Assembly (NCBI GenBank): GCA_963736655.1
Contig: CAVTPM010000015.1
Location: 1,496,672 to 1,560,671 of the forward strand
Source of the DNA: an uncultured Actinomycetota bacterium
GTDB taxonomy: Bacteria > Actinomycetota > Actinomycetes > DATJPE01
Length of the DNA stretch: 64,000 nt
Direction: 5' to 3'
The notes under the pieces are model-generated. The model saw only the letters and a list, made by a program, of their open reading frames with translations, did no database searches and was not told the origin of the DNA. Shown here in pieces: positions 39,588 to 50,580 of this stretch. The translations under genes were made by a program, and so were the position numbers. The number at the start of each line of letters is the position of its first letter. Positions within the stretch are counted from its first letter, which is position 1.

Positions 39588-40155
39588 ATGACGTCCACCG
39601 ACCCGACGCGTCGCCGCCTGCTCGACGCGGCAGCCACGCTGTTGTGCAAGGACAGCGGCGCCTCGCTGGCCGAGGTGGCGCGCGGCGGCCGGCGTGGGCC
39701 GGACGACGCTGCACCGGTACTTCCCCTCGCGCCACGACCTGCTGTACGCCCTCGCCGAGGACGCCCTCGAGCGGGTCGAGGCCGCCGTCACCGCCGCGCG
39801 TCCCGACGCCGACGAGCCGATCGACATCGTTCTCACGCGGGTCGCCACCGCCGTGCTCCCGCTGGCCGACGAGATCCGCTTCCTCGACGTCGGCGCAGCG
39901 GTCTGGGATCTCCCCGAGATGGTGGAGCGGTGGTACGACCTCAGCCGCCCGGTGGACGACCTGGTCCGGCGAGCCAAGGCCAAGGGTGAGCTGCGCCTCG
40001 ACCTGCCCACCGCGTGGGTCGTCGACCTCTTCGTAGCCACGATCTGGGCCGCGTCCAGCGGAATCTCCGACGGTCGCATCGCGCGTCGCGACGCCATCGA
40101 GCTGGTCATCGACACGGTCCTGCACGGCATCGTTGCCCCGGGCGGTGCGGCGTGA
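39588..40155 (+). CDS. TetR-family regulator (frameshift near 39685)
   Basis: LLDAAATLL...ASLAEVA / GVGRTTLHRYFPSR. Confidence 0.88.
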
Positions 40156-41414
40156 CCACCCGGACGTCCGGCCGGCGCTGGGGGCCGTTCCTCGCCCTCG
40201 AGGTTGCCACCCTGCTCTCGGCCACCGGCAACGGCATCGCCATGATCGCCCTGCCCTGGCTGGTGCTCGAGCTCACGGGCAAGGCGTCCGACGCCGGCCT
40301 CGTGGCGGCAGCGAGCGCCCTGCCGCTCGTGGCGACGGCCCTGATCGCCGGCACCGTGGTCGACCGCGTCGGGCGACGGCGCGCGTCGGTCGTGTCCGAC
40401 GGTCTCAGTGCGCTGAGCGTCGCCGCCATCCCCGTCGTCGGCGCCTTCGGTGACCTCACGCTGACCTGGCTCATGGTGCTCGGCGCCCTCGGTGCCGTGT
40501 TCGACCCGGCGGGCGCGACCGCCCGCGAGACGATGCTCCCGGCCGTGGCCCGGCTGGCCCACCTGCGCACGGAGCGGGCCAACGGGATCCACGAGGCGGT
40601 GTTCGGCACCGCGTTCCTCGTCGCTCCCGGCGTCGGGGGGCTCCTGATCGCTCTCGTCGGCGCCGAGGCGACCCTCTGGGCGACGGCCGTCGCCTTCGTG
40701 GCGGCCGGCGCGATGATGGTCTTCGTCCGCGTCCCCGGTGGTTCGTCCCCCGCACAGCCGGAGAACCGTGCCAGCTTCTGGGCGCAGACCGCCGAGGGCC
40801 TCCGCTTCGTGTGGAACGCCCACGCGCTGCGTGCCCTCGCCGTCGTGTACCTCGTCGTCGTGGCCCTCTGGCTGCCCATCGAGGGAGTCGTGCTCCCCGT
40901 GCTCTTCCAGTCGGTGGGCGACCCGAAGGCTCTCGGGCTGCTCCTCACCGCGATGAGTGGCGGCATGATCGTGGGCTCGCTGGGCTACGGCCTGGTCGGC
41001 CACCGGGTGCACCGCCGCACGACGGTCCTCGTCGCCCTCGTCGGGACTGCGCTCCCCCTCATCGGCATGGCCCTGCTGCCTCCGCTGCCGTGGATGATCG
41101 CCCTCGGGTTCCTGAGCGGACTGCTCTTCGGTCCGGTCAACCCGCTGGTCAACGTCGTCATGCAGGAGCGGACCGCGGAGGAGATGCGCGGCCGCGTGCT
41201 CGGGGTCTTCACCTCCTCGGCGTACGCCGCCGGACCGCTCGGCCTGCTCCTCGTCGGTCCGCTGGTGGACCGCTTCGGCGTGCAGGGCACCTTCCTCGTG
41301 CTGGCCGTCGCCATGACGGTCGTGAGCGTCGCTGCGATCGGGTTGCGTGGCCTGCGCGACCTCGACCGCTCGACCAGGATGCGAGCTCCCGAAAGGGTCC
41401 CCTCCACGTTCTGA
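40152..41414 (+). CDS. MFS efflux transporter (Tap/DHA3-like)
   Basis: ALPWLVLELTG, VDRVGRR, FDPAG, GPVNP, QERT..MRGRV. Confidence 0.9.
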   Translation: MTTRTSGRRWGPFLALEVATLLSATGNGIAMIALPWLVLELTGKASDAGLVAAASALPLVATALIAGTVVDRVGRRRASVVSDGLSALSVAAIPVVGAFGDLTLTWLMVLGALGAVFDPAGATARETMLPAVARLAHLRTERANGIHEAVFGTAFLVAPGVGGLLIALVGAEATLWATAVAFVAAGAMMVFVRVPGGSSPAQPENRASFWAQTAEGLRFVWNAHALRALAVVYLVVVALWLPIEGVVLPVLFQSVGDPKALGLLLTAMSGGMIVGSLGYGLVGHRVHRRTTVLVALVGTALPLIGMALLPPLPWMIALGFLSGLLFGPVNPLVNVVMQERTAEEMRGRVLGVFTSSAYAAGPLGLLLVGPLVDRFGVQGTFLVLAVAMTVVSVAAIGLRGLRDLDRSTRMRAPERVPSTF

Positions 41415-41440
41415 TCAGGGACACGGGCCAAGATGGGCCC

Positions 41441-43086
41441 GTGCCCGACGCTCCCGATGAGACTGCCGCTGCTCGGATCCTCGACCTGTTCGGCGCGGCC
41501 GGGGTGCGCACCGCCTTCGGCCTCCCTGGCGTGCACAACCTCTCGTTCTGGCGGGCATCCCCCACCGCAGCGCGGCCGCGGATCCTCTCGGTGCGGCACG
41601 AGCAGACCACGGTCTACGCCGCAGACGGGCTGGCCCGCGCCACCGGTGGGCTCGGGGTCGCGCTGACGACGACCGGCCCGGGTGCGGCCAACGCCGTCGC
41701 GGCCTTCGGCGAGGCCGCCGTGAGCCACTCCCCCGTGGTGCTCGTGGCGAGTGAGGCACCGCTGCGGGTCCGCCGCCCCGGGGTCGGCCGCGGAGCCCTG
41801 CACGAGATGCCCGACCAGTCCGCGCTCTTCACCCCGCTGGCCAAGGCCGTCCTCAGCGCGACCGACGCCGACGAGGCCGTCGCGATGGCCGCCGACGCCC
41901 TCCTGCTGGCACGTACGGCGCCGGCCGGGCCGGTCTACCTCGGCGTGCCCTCCGACGTGCTCGGAGACGCTGCGGAGCCGGGGCCCCGGGTGCGTGAGCC
42001 GGTACGCACGGCGCCGGACCTCCGCGCCGTGGAGGCGGCTGCCGCGCTTCTCGCAAGCATCCGCAAGGTGGTGATCTGGGCCGGGGGCGGCTGCGTCGCC
42101 TCGGGGGCCGAGCAGGCGGTCACCGACCTCGCCTGGCGGCTGGGGGCGCCGGTCATCACGACCTACGCCGCACGCGGGCTGCTCGGGGTCGACCATCCGT
42201 TGCTCGTCGACGCTCCGCCCCACGAGCCTTCGGTGTCCGCGCTGATCGCGGATGCAGACCTGCTCCTGGTCGTGGGCAGCCAGCTCGACGGGATGGCCAC
42301 CCGCAACTGGTCGATGCCCCGACCGCCGCTGCTGATGCGGGTGGATGTCGACGAGCGCACCGCGTACCAGGGCTGGCCGCCGGACGCCGTCGTCGTCGGG
42401 GACGCGGCGCTGGTCTGCGACGCCCTCGCCACGCGGGTCGCCCCACGCGAGCCCTGGGCCGACCAGGTGTTCCGCGTGCGGCACGCGTTGCACGCGCAGC
42501 TCGCTGGCCGACCCACGCACGACCGAAGCAGCCGCGATGCTCGACAGCGTGGACCAGGGCTGGCCGGCCGGTGGCGACGTGCGTCTGCGACATGGCCGTG
42601 GCCGGCTACTGGGTCGGTGGGTATGCGGCCATGCCGAGGAGCCGGCGCCTGCAGTACCCGGTCGGTTGGGGGACGCTCGGCTACGCACTGCCCGCCGCCG
42701 TCGGTGCCGCCGCCGGGTCAGGACGCCCGGTGCTCGCCGTCGCCGGGGACGGCGGGGTCCCGTTCGCGCTCGGCGAGCTCGCGACCCTGGCCCAGGAGAA
42801 CCTGCCCGTGACCGTCCTGGTCGTCGACGACGGCGGCTACGGGATGCTGCGTTACGACCAGCAGGTGGCGGGAGACCCAGAACGCGGGGTCGACCTGCAC
42901 GGGCCGGACTGGATCAGCCTCGCGGGCGCTTTCGGCATCGCGGCACACACGCTGGACTCGGTGGGAGCGCCCCTCGCCGCCGCGCTCGCGGAAGCGGCGG
43001 CCGGACCAGGCCCGACGCTGCTGCACGTGCGGGCGATGCTGCATCCCCCGCGCACGACGTCCGCCCGCTGGGGCGAGTCGGGGTGA
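41441..43086 (+). CDS. ThDP-dependent enzyme, acetolactate-synthase-like (frameshifts near 42510 and 42580)
   Basis: FGLPGVHN, VRHE, TTGPGAAN, GDGG...DDGGYG. Confidence 0.87.
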
Positions 43087-43811
43087 CGGCGCCCAGCGCG
43101 GTGCCCGGACCGCTCGCCCTCGTCGGTTCCGGGGAGTACCTGCCGGTCATGCAGGAGGTCGAGGCGATGCTCCTGCGCGGCCGCCCGCCCAGGTACGTGC
43201 AGCTGGCGACGGCGGCGGCACCCGAGGGAGACCCGAGCCTGGCCCGCTGGCACGCTCTCGGGCTGGCCCAGGCCGAACGCCTCGGTGTCGAGCAGGTCGT
43301 CGTCGACGTACGGTCCCGGGCTGACGCGGACGACGCGACCCTGGCCGGCCTGATCGACGGAGCGGGCTTGGTCTATCTCTCGGGCGGGTCGCCGCAGTTC
43401 CTCGCCGAGATCCTGCGCGAGACGGCGGTGTGGTCGGCGATCGCGGCGGCCTGGCGGGACGGTGCTGCGCTGGCCGGCTGCAGTGCGGGCGCCATGGCGA
43501 TGACCGGCTGGGTACCGGCGATGCGCGATCTCGGGCGCCACCCCGATCCTGGACTCGGTCTGCTGCCTCACCTGCGCGTGATCCCGCACTTCGACCGGAT
43601 GCTCGGCTGGGTGCCCGACATCGTCACCCGGGCGCTGCTTCGTGCACCCGCTGGGGTGACCGTGCTCGGCATCGACGAGGACACCGCTCTCGTCGGGGGG
43701 CCGGAGGAGTGGGTGGTGCGAGGTCGCCAGTCGGTCTGGGTGATCGGCGACGGTCCGCGCACCGAGCACACCTCGGGCGACACCCTCGTCACTCCCGCGG
43801 CGACGTCCTGA
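43083..43811 (+). CDS. Peptidase S51 / cyanophycinase-like protein
   Basis: LVGSGE, YLSGG, GCSAGA, IPHFD, GIDEDTA. Confidence 0.85.
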   Translation: MTAPSAVPGPLALVGSGEYLPVMQEVEAMLLRGRPPRYVQLATAAAPEGDPSLARWHALGLAQAERLGVEQVVVDVRSRADADDATLAGLIDGAGLVYLSGGSPQFLAEILRETAVWSAIAAAWRDGAALAGCSAGAMAMTGWVPAMRDLGRHPDPGLGLLPHLRVIPHFDRMLGWVPDIVTRALLRAPAGVTVLGIDEDTALVGGPEEWVVRGRQSVWVIGDGPRTEHTSGDTLVTPAATS

Positions 43812-44988
43812 CGGGAGTCGGGTCGAAGCTGTTGGCCAGGCCTGCCACGACGAGCGCCACGGGCACGAGCAGGAAGAACCCGAGGCGGAGCGAGCTGAAC
43901 TCGGCCACCACCCCGACCAGCGGGGCACCGAGCACGAACCCGACGTAGTTGGCGACGTTCACCCGCGCGACGGCCGTGCCCGAACCGAGCGGGTCATGGG
44001 CGTCAGCGGCGACGAAGGCGAAGGGCAGCGCTGCGCACAGCCCTAGTCCGACGACGGCGAAGCCGAGCAGCGCAACCGTCGCCGAGGGCGCCAGGGACAC
44101 GACCACCAGCCCGACCGCCGCCACGAGGCCGCCGGCGCGGACCAGCCGCACGGGGCCACGTCGGCCCACGGCGCGGTCGGAGAACAGCCGACCCACGAGC
44201 ATGGCGAGGGCGTACGCCGCGTACGCCAGCGCCGCGACGCTCTCCGAGGAGCCGAGGCCGTCGTTGAGGTACACCGCAGACCAGTTCGAGACGCTCGACT
44301 CGATGACGTAGACGCAGGTGATGACGGCGCCCAGCACGGCGATGGGGCGCCACGGGATCCGCGCGTCGAGCACGTCCACGGCGTCGGTGTCAGCGGCGTT
44401 GCGGGGCAGCAGCCAGCGCCCGGCGACGAGCTGGAAGGGGATGAGCAGCACCGCGAGGATGGCGAAGAACCCCAAGAGCGAGAGGTCGGTGGCCGCGGCG
44501 ACGGAAGCCGCGGCTGCACCCGCGATCCCTGCCAGGCTCCACACCGCGAAGAACGACGCCATCACGCTGCGCCCGTACTCGGTCTGCACCGCGACACCCT
44601 GCATGTTCATGGTCGCGTCGACGGCCCCGAGTCCGAAGCCCACCAGGATCAGCGACGCGACCAGCTCGATCATCGAGCTCGAGAGGCCGACGAGCACGAG
44701 GGCGAGGGGGACGACCGGCCCCAGGACCCGGAGCACCGGACGGCTCCCGCGGCGCGCCGCCATGCTGCCGGCGACCACGCTGCCGACTCCGGCGACGATC
44801 GGCACCACGGCGAGCAGCCCGGCGAGGGTTCCCTCGCTGAGGTCGAACCTGTCCTGCAGCGCGGGGATCCTCGTGACCAGGGCCGCGGTGCACACACCCT
44901 GCCCGGCGAAGGCGACCGCGACCGCTCGCCGGGCCCGCGTGGTGGCGTCGGCGACCTGCGTGGCTCCGGACGGGTGCGACGACGCCAT
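43789..44988 (-). CDS. MFS transporter
   Basis: About 12 TMs; RIPALQ, DATMN, WSAVYL, GRLFSD. Confidence 0.88.
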   Translation of the reverse strand: MASSHPSGATQVADATTRARRAVAVAFAGQGVCTAALVTRIPALQDRFDLSEGTLAGLLAVVPIVAGVGSVVAGSMAARRGSRPVLRVLGPVVPLALVLVGLSSSMIELVASLILVGFGLGAVDATMNMQGVAVQTEYGRSVMASFFAVWSLAGIAGAAAASVAAATDLSLLGFFAILAVLLIPFQLVAGRWLLPRNAADTDAVDVLDARIPWRPIAVLGAVITCVYVIESSVSNWSAVYLNDGLGSSESVAALAYAAYALAMLVGRLFSDRAVGRRGPVRLVRAGGLVAAVGLVVVSLAPSATVALLGFAVVGLGLCAALPFAFVAADAHDPLGSGTAVARVNVANYVGFVLGAPLVGVVAEFSSLRLGFFLLVPVALVVAGLANSFDPTPVRTSPRE

Positions 44989-45025
44989 GGGCGTCACCTT
45001 CCCACCCGGCCGCCTCGGTCGGCGG

Positions 45026-47716
45026 CTAAAGCGAGGACAGCGTGGCTCGACCGGCCTCCAGTCGGGCGATCGGCACCCGGAAGGGCGAGCAGGACACGTA
45101 GTCCAGCCCCGCCTTGTGGAAGAAGTGGATGGACTCGGGGTCGCCGCCGTGCTCGCCGCACACACCCACGTGCAGGTCGGGTCGAGTTCGTCGCCCCTCT
45201 TCCACCGCCATCCGGACGAGCCGGCCGACTCCGTCGACGTCGAGGCTCTCGAACGGCGACACGGTGAAGACACCGTTGTCGAGGTAGAGCGCGAAGAACG
45301 CCGCCTCCACGTCGTCGCGGGAGAAGCCCCACGTGGTCTGCGTCAGGTCGTTGGTGCCGAAGGAGAAGAACTCCGCAACCTCGGCGATGCGGAATGCGGT
45401 CAGCGCCGCACGCGGCAGCTCGATCATCGTCCCCACCGGGATGTGCAGGGTGACGCCCTCGCGTTCGGCGATCTCGGAGACGATCCCGTCGGTCTCGTCA
45501 CGGATGAGGTGGAGCTCCATCACGGAGCCGACCAGCGGGACCATGATCTCGACCTTCGGGTGCCCGCCTGCCTTGATCCGGGCCACGGTCGCCTCGGCGA
45601 TGGCACGCACCTGCAACGCGTAGAGCCCGGGGACGACCAGACCGAGGCGCACCCCGCGGAGACCGAGCATGGGGTTCGACTCGTGCAGGCGTTCGACCTC
45701 GGCGAGCAGGCGGACGTCCGCCGGGTCCGGGTTCCCACGCTCCTCGGCGAGCGCCACGCGGACCATCAGCTCGGCACGGTCGGGGAGGAACTCATGAAGC
45801 GGCGGGTCGAGCAGTCGGATGGTGGTGGGCAGGCCGTCCATCACCTCGAGGAGCTCCGCGAAGTCCTCGCGCTGCAAGGGGAGCAGCGCGGCCAGTGCAG
45901 CATCTCGATCGGGACCGATCCCGGCCACGATCATCCGCTCGATGAGCACGCGGCGGTCGCCGAGGAACATGTGCTCGGTGCGGCACAGGCCGATCCCCTG
46001 CGCGCCGAGGTCGCGCGCACGTGTGGCGTCCTCCGCGGTGTCGGCGTTGGCACGCACCCCCAGCCGGCGTACGGAGTCGGCGTGGGCGAGCAGCCGGTCG
46101 ACGGCGCGGACCAGCTCGGCCGTCTCGGGGTGCGCGTCGGCGATCGCGGCGTCGAGACCGTGCTCGAGATAGCGCACGACCGGCGACGGGACCACAGGCA
46201 CCTCCCCCAGGAAGACCTCACCGGTCGACCCGTCGATGCTGATCTGATCCCCCTCCCGCACCACCACGCCGTTGGCCGTCGCGGTCTTGTTCGCGACGTC
46301 GACGTCGAGCTCCTCAGCGCCGCAGACACAGGTCTTGCCCATGCCCCGAGCCACCACCGCGGCGTGGGAGGTCTTGCCCCCGCGACTGGTGAGGATGCCA
46401 GCCGAGGCGATCATGCCGCCGAGGTCATCAGGATTCGTCTCGCGACGCACCAGGATGACGGAGTCGCCGCGCTCCGCCCACGCGATCGCGGTGTGCGGGT
46501 CGAAGACCACCCTGCCCACCGCCGCGCCCGGAGAGGCTGACATGCCTTGCGTGAGAAGGGCGCGGTCGTTCGAGACGTCGAAGTGGGGGAACATCAGCTG
46601 CGCCAGCTGCGCACCCGTGACACGTTGGAGCGCCTCGTCGAGGGTGATCAGGTGTTCGTCCACGAGCTGGGTGGCGATCCGGAAGGCAGCGCCGGCAGTG
46701 CGCTTGCCGACGCGCGTCTGGAGCATCCACAACTTGCCGCGTTCCACGGTGAACTCGATGTCGCAGAGGTCGCGGTAGTGGGTCTCCAGCCGGCGCATCA
46801 CGGCGACCAGCTCCTCGTGCGACGTCGGGTCGATGGCCGCGAAGTCATCCAGGGTCAGGGTGTTGCGGATGCCCGAGACGACGTCCTCGCCCTGCGCGTT
46901 CGGAAGGTAGTCGCCGTAGACGCCGGGGCGACCCGTGGCCGGGTCCCGCGTGAAGCAGACCCCGGTGCCCGACGTGGGCCCGAGGTTGCCGAACACCATG
47001 GTGCACACGTTGACCGCGGTGCCCAGGTCGTGCGGGATCCGCTCGCGGCGCCGGTAGACCCGCGCACGGTCGGTGTTCCACGAGTCGAAGACCGCTCGCA
47101 CGGCCAGGTCGAGCTGCTCGCGGGGGTCTTGGGGGAACTCCCGCCCGGTGTGGTCGCGCACCACCTGCTTGAAGGTCTCGACGAGGGTCTCGAGGTCATC
47201 GGCGTCGAGCTCGACGTCGCTGGTCACCCCCTTCGCTGCCTTGGCGGCGTCCAGGGCTGACGCGAAGTGCTCACCGTCGAGGTCCAAGACGGTCTTGCCG
47301 AACATCTGCACCAGACGCCGATAGGAGTCCCAGGCGAACCGCGGGTCGCCGGACACCTTGACCAGCCCGTGGACCGACACGTCGTTGAGCCCGACGTTGA
47401 GGACGGTCTCCATCATTCCGGGCATGGAGAACTTGCCGCCAGACCGCACACTCACGAGCAGCGGATCGATGGGGGCGCCGAGCCGTCGCCCGACCGCGTC
47501 CTCCAGCTGGCGCAACGCCGCGGTGACCTGGACCCGCAGCTCGGGGGGCTCTTCGCCCCGCTCGAGGTAGAGCCGGCAGGCCTCCGTCGTCACCGTGAAC
47601 CCAGGGGGCACGGGAAGACCCAACCTGGTCATCTCGGCGAGGTTGGCCCCTTTGCCTCCCAGCAGGTCCTTCTGGTCCTTGCCACCTTCGGTGAAGTCGT
47701 AGACGAAGCGGGGCAC
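45026..47716 (-). CDS. ppdK: Pyruvate, phosphate dikinase
   Basis: LGGKGANLAEM, SMPGMM, GGKTSHAAVVARG, GLCRTEHMF, FGTNDLTQ, CGEHGG. Confidence 0.97.
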   Translation of the reverse strand: MPRFVYDFTEGGKDQKDLLGGKGANLAEMTRLGLPVPPGFTVTTEACRLYLERGEEPPELRVQVTAALRQLEDAVGRRLGAPIDPLLVSVRSGGKFSMPGMMETVLNVGLNDVSVHGLVKVSGDPRFAWDSYRRLVQMFGKTVLDLDGEHFASALDAAKAAKGVTSDVELDADDLETLVETFKQVVRDHTGREFPQDPREQLDLAVRAVFDSWNTDRARVYRRRERIPHDLGTAVNVCTMVFGNLGPTSGTGVCFTRDPATGRPGVYGDYLPNAQGEDVVSGIRNTLTLDDFAAIDPTSHEELVAVMRRLETHYRDLCDIEFTVERGKLWMLQTRVGKRTAGAAFRIATQLVDEHLITLDEALQRVTGAQLAQLMFPHFDVSNDRALLTQGMSASPGAAVGRVVFDPHTAIAWAERGDSVILVRRETNPDDLGGMIASAGILTSRGGKTSHAAVVARGMGKTCVCGAEELDVDVANKTATANGVVVREGDQISIDGSTGEVFLGEVPVVPSPVVRYLEHGLDAAIADAHPETAELVRAVDRLLAHADSVRRLGVRANADTAEDATRARDLGAQGIGLCRTEHMFLGDRRVLIERMIVAGIGPDRDAALAALLPLQREDFAELLEVMDGLPTTIRLLDPPLHEFLPDRAELMVRVALAEERGNPDPADVRLLAEVERLHESNPMLGLRGVRLGLVVPGLYALQVRAIAEATVARIKAGGHPKVEIMVPLVGSVMELHLIRDETDGIVSEIAEREGVTLHIPVGTMIELPRAALTAFRIAEVAEFFSFGTNDLTQTTWGFSRDDVEAAFFALYLDNGVFTVSPFESLDVDGVGRLVRMAVEEGRRTRPDLHVGVCGEHGGDPESIHFFHKAGLDYVSCSPFRVPIARLEAGRATLSSL

Positions 47717-47874
47717 CGCACAAGCTCCTTTCGGGCGTCGACCTTGCAGATGCAGCTCCTGCTGCGGTCGGTACTGCCCACGCTAGACCTCGGTCCGTGT
47801 CGGCCGCGGGCCGATCCCCAGTTCGGCGAGACCGGCCGTCTTTCGGGCGGAGCGCCGTCCCCTAGCCTCGGTGC

Positions 47875-49179
47875 GTGGCCATCCCCGCACCCGCGACGGC
47901 CCGCGCGAGCCTGGTGCTCTGGACCCGGATCGGGTGGACCTCGTTCGGCGGCCCTGCTGGTCAGATCTCGCTGATGCACCGGGCCGTGGTCGAGGAGCGC
48001 GGGTGGGTCAGCGAGGAGCGCTTCCTGCACGCGTTGTCGTTCTGCACGCTGCTCCCCGGTCCGGAGGCCCAGCAGCTGGCGACGTACCTCGGTTGGGTCA
48101 CCCGCGGGGTGCGCGGTGGCGTGGTGGCCGGGGCGCTCTTCGTCGTGCCTGGTGTCCTCGTCATGTGGCTGCTGTCGGTGGCCTACGTCACCTACGGCGA
48201 CGTCGAGGTCATCGCCGCCATGCTGGCCGGGGTCCAGGCCGCGGTGATCCCGATCATCGTGGACGCGGTCCTGAAGGTGGGCCGCCGGGCGTTGCACAGC
48301 TGGATCGCCGTGTCCCTCGCAGCGGCATCCTTCGTGGCCGTCACGTTCCTCGCGATCCCCTACCCCTTCGTGGTGCTTGCTGCACTCGCCGTCGGCGCCT
48401 TGCTGCTGCGCACCCCGGTCGACTCGCTCGACGGGAGCGTGCCCGAGCTCGGCGTGACCCGTGATCAGCGTCGAAGGGCGCTGCTGGCAGGCATCGGTGC
48501 GGCCGTGCTCTGGCTGGCACCGGTCGTCGTCCTCATCGGAACCCTCGGGCGCGACCACGTCCTCACGCAGGAAGCGGTGTTCTTCTCCAAGACCGCGCTC
48601 ATCACCTTCGGGGGCGCCTACGCCGTGCTCGGGTACGTGGCCCAGCAGGCCGTGACCACGTACGGCTGGGTCACGCCCGATGACATGGTGACGGGCCTCG
48701 GGCTCGCGGAGACCACCCCTGGGCCACTCATCCTGGTGGTGCAGTTCGTCGGCTTCCTCGGTGCCTACAACGCGCCCGGATCCCTGCCGCCGCTGGCCGC
48801 CGGAACCCTCGGTGCCGCGGTGACCGTGTGGGTGACCTTCCTGCCGTGCTTCATGTTCATCTTCCTTGGAGCGCCGTACGTCGAACGGCTCAGGCACCAA
48901 CCGAGGTTGGCCGCCGCCCTGCGCGGCGTCACGGCGGCCGTGGTTGGGGTGATCGCCTCGCTGGCTCTCGTGTTCACCCTGCAGGTGGCCTTCGGCACCG
49001 TGACCACCGTGAGCGTGGGCCGGCTGCGCATTCCGGAGCCAGACTGGTCCACCGTCGCGTGGGGGCAGCTGGGGATCGCCGCGGTGGCTGCCGTCGCGGT
49101 GTTCCGGCTGCGGTGGGGCGTGCTGCGCACCATCGGAGCGGCCGCACTGCTCGGGCTGCTCGGCTCGCTCGTCGGCTGA
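47875..49179 (+). CDS. chrA: Chromate efflux transporter (long-chain CHR)
   Basis: SFGGPAGQI, LLPGPEAQQLA, TFGGAYAV, ETTPGP. Confidence 0.93.
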   Translation: MAIPAPATARASLVLWTRIGWTSFGGPAGQISLMHRAVVEERGWVSEERFLHALSFCTLLPGPEAQQLATYLGWVTRGVRGGVVAGALFVVPGVLVMWLLSVAYVTYGDVEVIAAMLAGVQAAVIPIIVDAVLKVGRRALHSWIAVSLAAASFVAVTFLAIPYPFVVLAALAVGALLLRTPVDSLDGSVPELGVTRDQRRRALLAGIGAAVLWLAPVVVLIGTLGRDHVLTQEAVFFSKTALITFGGAYAVLGYVAQQAVTTYGWVTPDDMVTGLGLAETTPGPLILVVQFVGFLGAYNAPGSLPPLAAGTLGAAVTVWVTFLPCFMFIFLGAPYVERLRHQPRLAAALRGVTAAVVGVIASLALVFTLQVAFGTVTTVSVGRLRIPEPDWSTVAWGQLGIAAVAAVAVFRLRWGVLRTIGAAALLGLLGSLVG

Positions 49180-49207
49180 TGCCGCGCGAACGTGGGACGA
49201 TGGAGGA

Positions 49208-49495
49208 GTGGGAGCCGTGCTCGCGATGACGTTGCCAGGACTGGTGATCCTGCTCGTGATCGCTGCTCTCGTCGAGCGGCTGGCCCGCGGCCTCGGCTCC
49301 GGTAGGCGCGACCACCCGACCGCCTCAGCAGCGTTCGACGTCCTCGGCGCAGCCTTCGACCCGGGTGCCCGGCACCGGATCGAGGAGGAGCACCGCCTGG
49401 AGCTCGAACGCGACGACGTCGTGGACGGCGCACCTCCGCGCAGTCGGATCGACCTCAGCGCCGGAACCGCACACCTCATGCTTCCGCGCCACTGA
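49208..49495 (+). CDS. Small membrane-anchored protein (DUF6191-like)
   Basis: MTLPGLVILL...DGAPPRSRIDLSAG. Confidence 0.7.
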   Translation: MGAVLAMTLPGLVILLVIAALVERLARGLGSGRRDHPTASAAFDVLGAAFDPGARHRIEEEHRLELERDDVVDGAPPRSRIDLSAGTAHLMLPRH

Positions 49496-49536
49496 CCAGG
49501 TCGACAGAGGACGTGTAGGCGGCCGCGGCCGGCCGG

Positions 49537-50453
49537 CTAGGCCTGGGACTCTCCAGGAAGTCCAGCTGTCTTGCGCAGCTCTGCCAGAGAAGCGTCGAGG
49601 GCGCGCTGTGCCTCCGCGAGCCGTTGGTCGAGCTGGGCGCGTTCGGTGACGTCGGGCGGCGGCGAGGCGGCGACCCGGAGGTCGACCGCTTGCCGGCTCG
49701 CGACGAGCCCGGACAGCCCAGAGACGGCGGCGTCGACCGAGGCCTTCGCCGACGGGCTCGGGGCAGTGTCGGCCAGGACCCGGAGCTGACCGCCGATGGC
49801 GCTCTCGCGCGCCGACACCTCGGCCCAGCCCTCGGGAGTGCGGACGCCACCACGCGACACCTCACCAGCAAGTCCGTCCACGTCGGCGACAGCCTGGCCG
49901 ACACGGTCTCGCCAGGAGGCGGCCGCGACGGACCCCTTGCGCCACTTCGTGGTCGCCAGCACGAAGAACGCGACGATGGCCGTGCCCAACAAGATCACGA
50001 ACCACGGTGGGTCGGACTCGTCGGTGCTCGATCCAGCGGGCGAGGTGGACGGGCTCGCCGAAGCTGCAGGGGACGACGTCGGGGTCGGCGTGGGGGTCGG
50101 CGTGGGGGTGGCGTGGGGGTCGGCGTGGGGGTCGGCGTGGGGGTCGGCGTGGGGGTCGGCGTGGGGGTCGGCGTGGGGGTCGGGGTCTCCACCGGGCTCT
50201 TGGTCGCCGACGGGGTCGGCGTCTCGCTGGCCGGCTCCTCGGTGGCGGTCTTCGTCGGAGTCGGCTTCTCCGACGACGAGGCGGACGGTGATGGCTCTGC
50301 GGTGCGTGAGGGCAGACCGGAAGGCAGCTCGGACGGGAGATTCGACGGCAGTGCGATCCCCCCGCTGCTGCTGCAGCCGCTCAGCGCGACGGTGGCGATC
50401 ACCCCGACCCCGAGGAGTGCTCCCCGCGTGCGCAACCTCGTCCGTGACGTCAT
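49537..50453 (-). CDS. Lipoprotein-like protein with Pro/Thr linker, internal TM and helical C-terminal domain (frameshift in repeat near 50110)
   Basis: Lipobox LSGC, (TP)n, PPWFVILLGTAIVAFFVL. Confidence 0.7.
50080..50186. repeat. 12-bp tandem repeat GGGGGTCGGCGT (encodes TPTP on the minus strand)
   Basis: About 8 copies; one lacks a base. Confidence 0.9.
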
Positions 50454-50580
50454 CGGTCCAGGCTAGTCGAGAGCCAGCGGGCAGCACGGTGCCACGCACA
50501 GTTGAGGGGGCCATCGGCTGAGGACCGCCGACGGGTGAAGGAGAGCCCAGCAGATGCACCCCGCTGAGCCGACCCGAGGA

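Noticed and set aside
50080-50186. Functional G-quadruplex element
   Set aside because: The G-runs are explained by Pro/Thr codons on the opposite strand.
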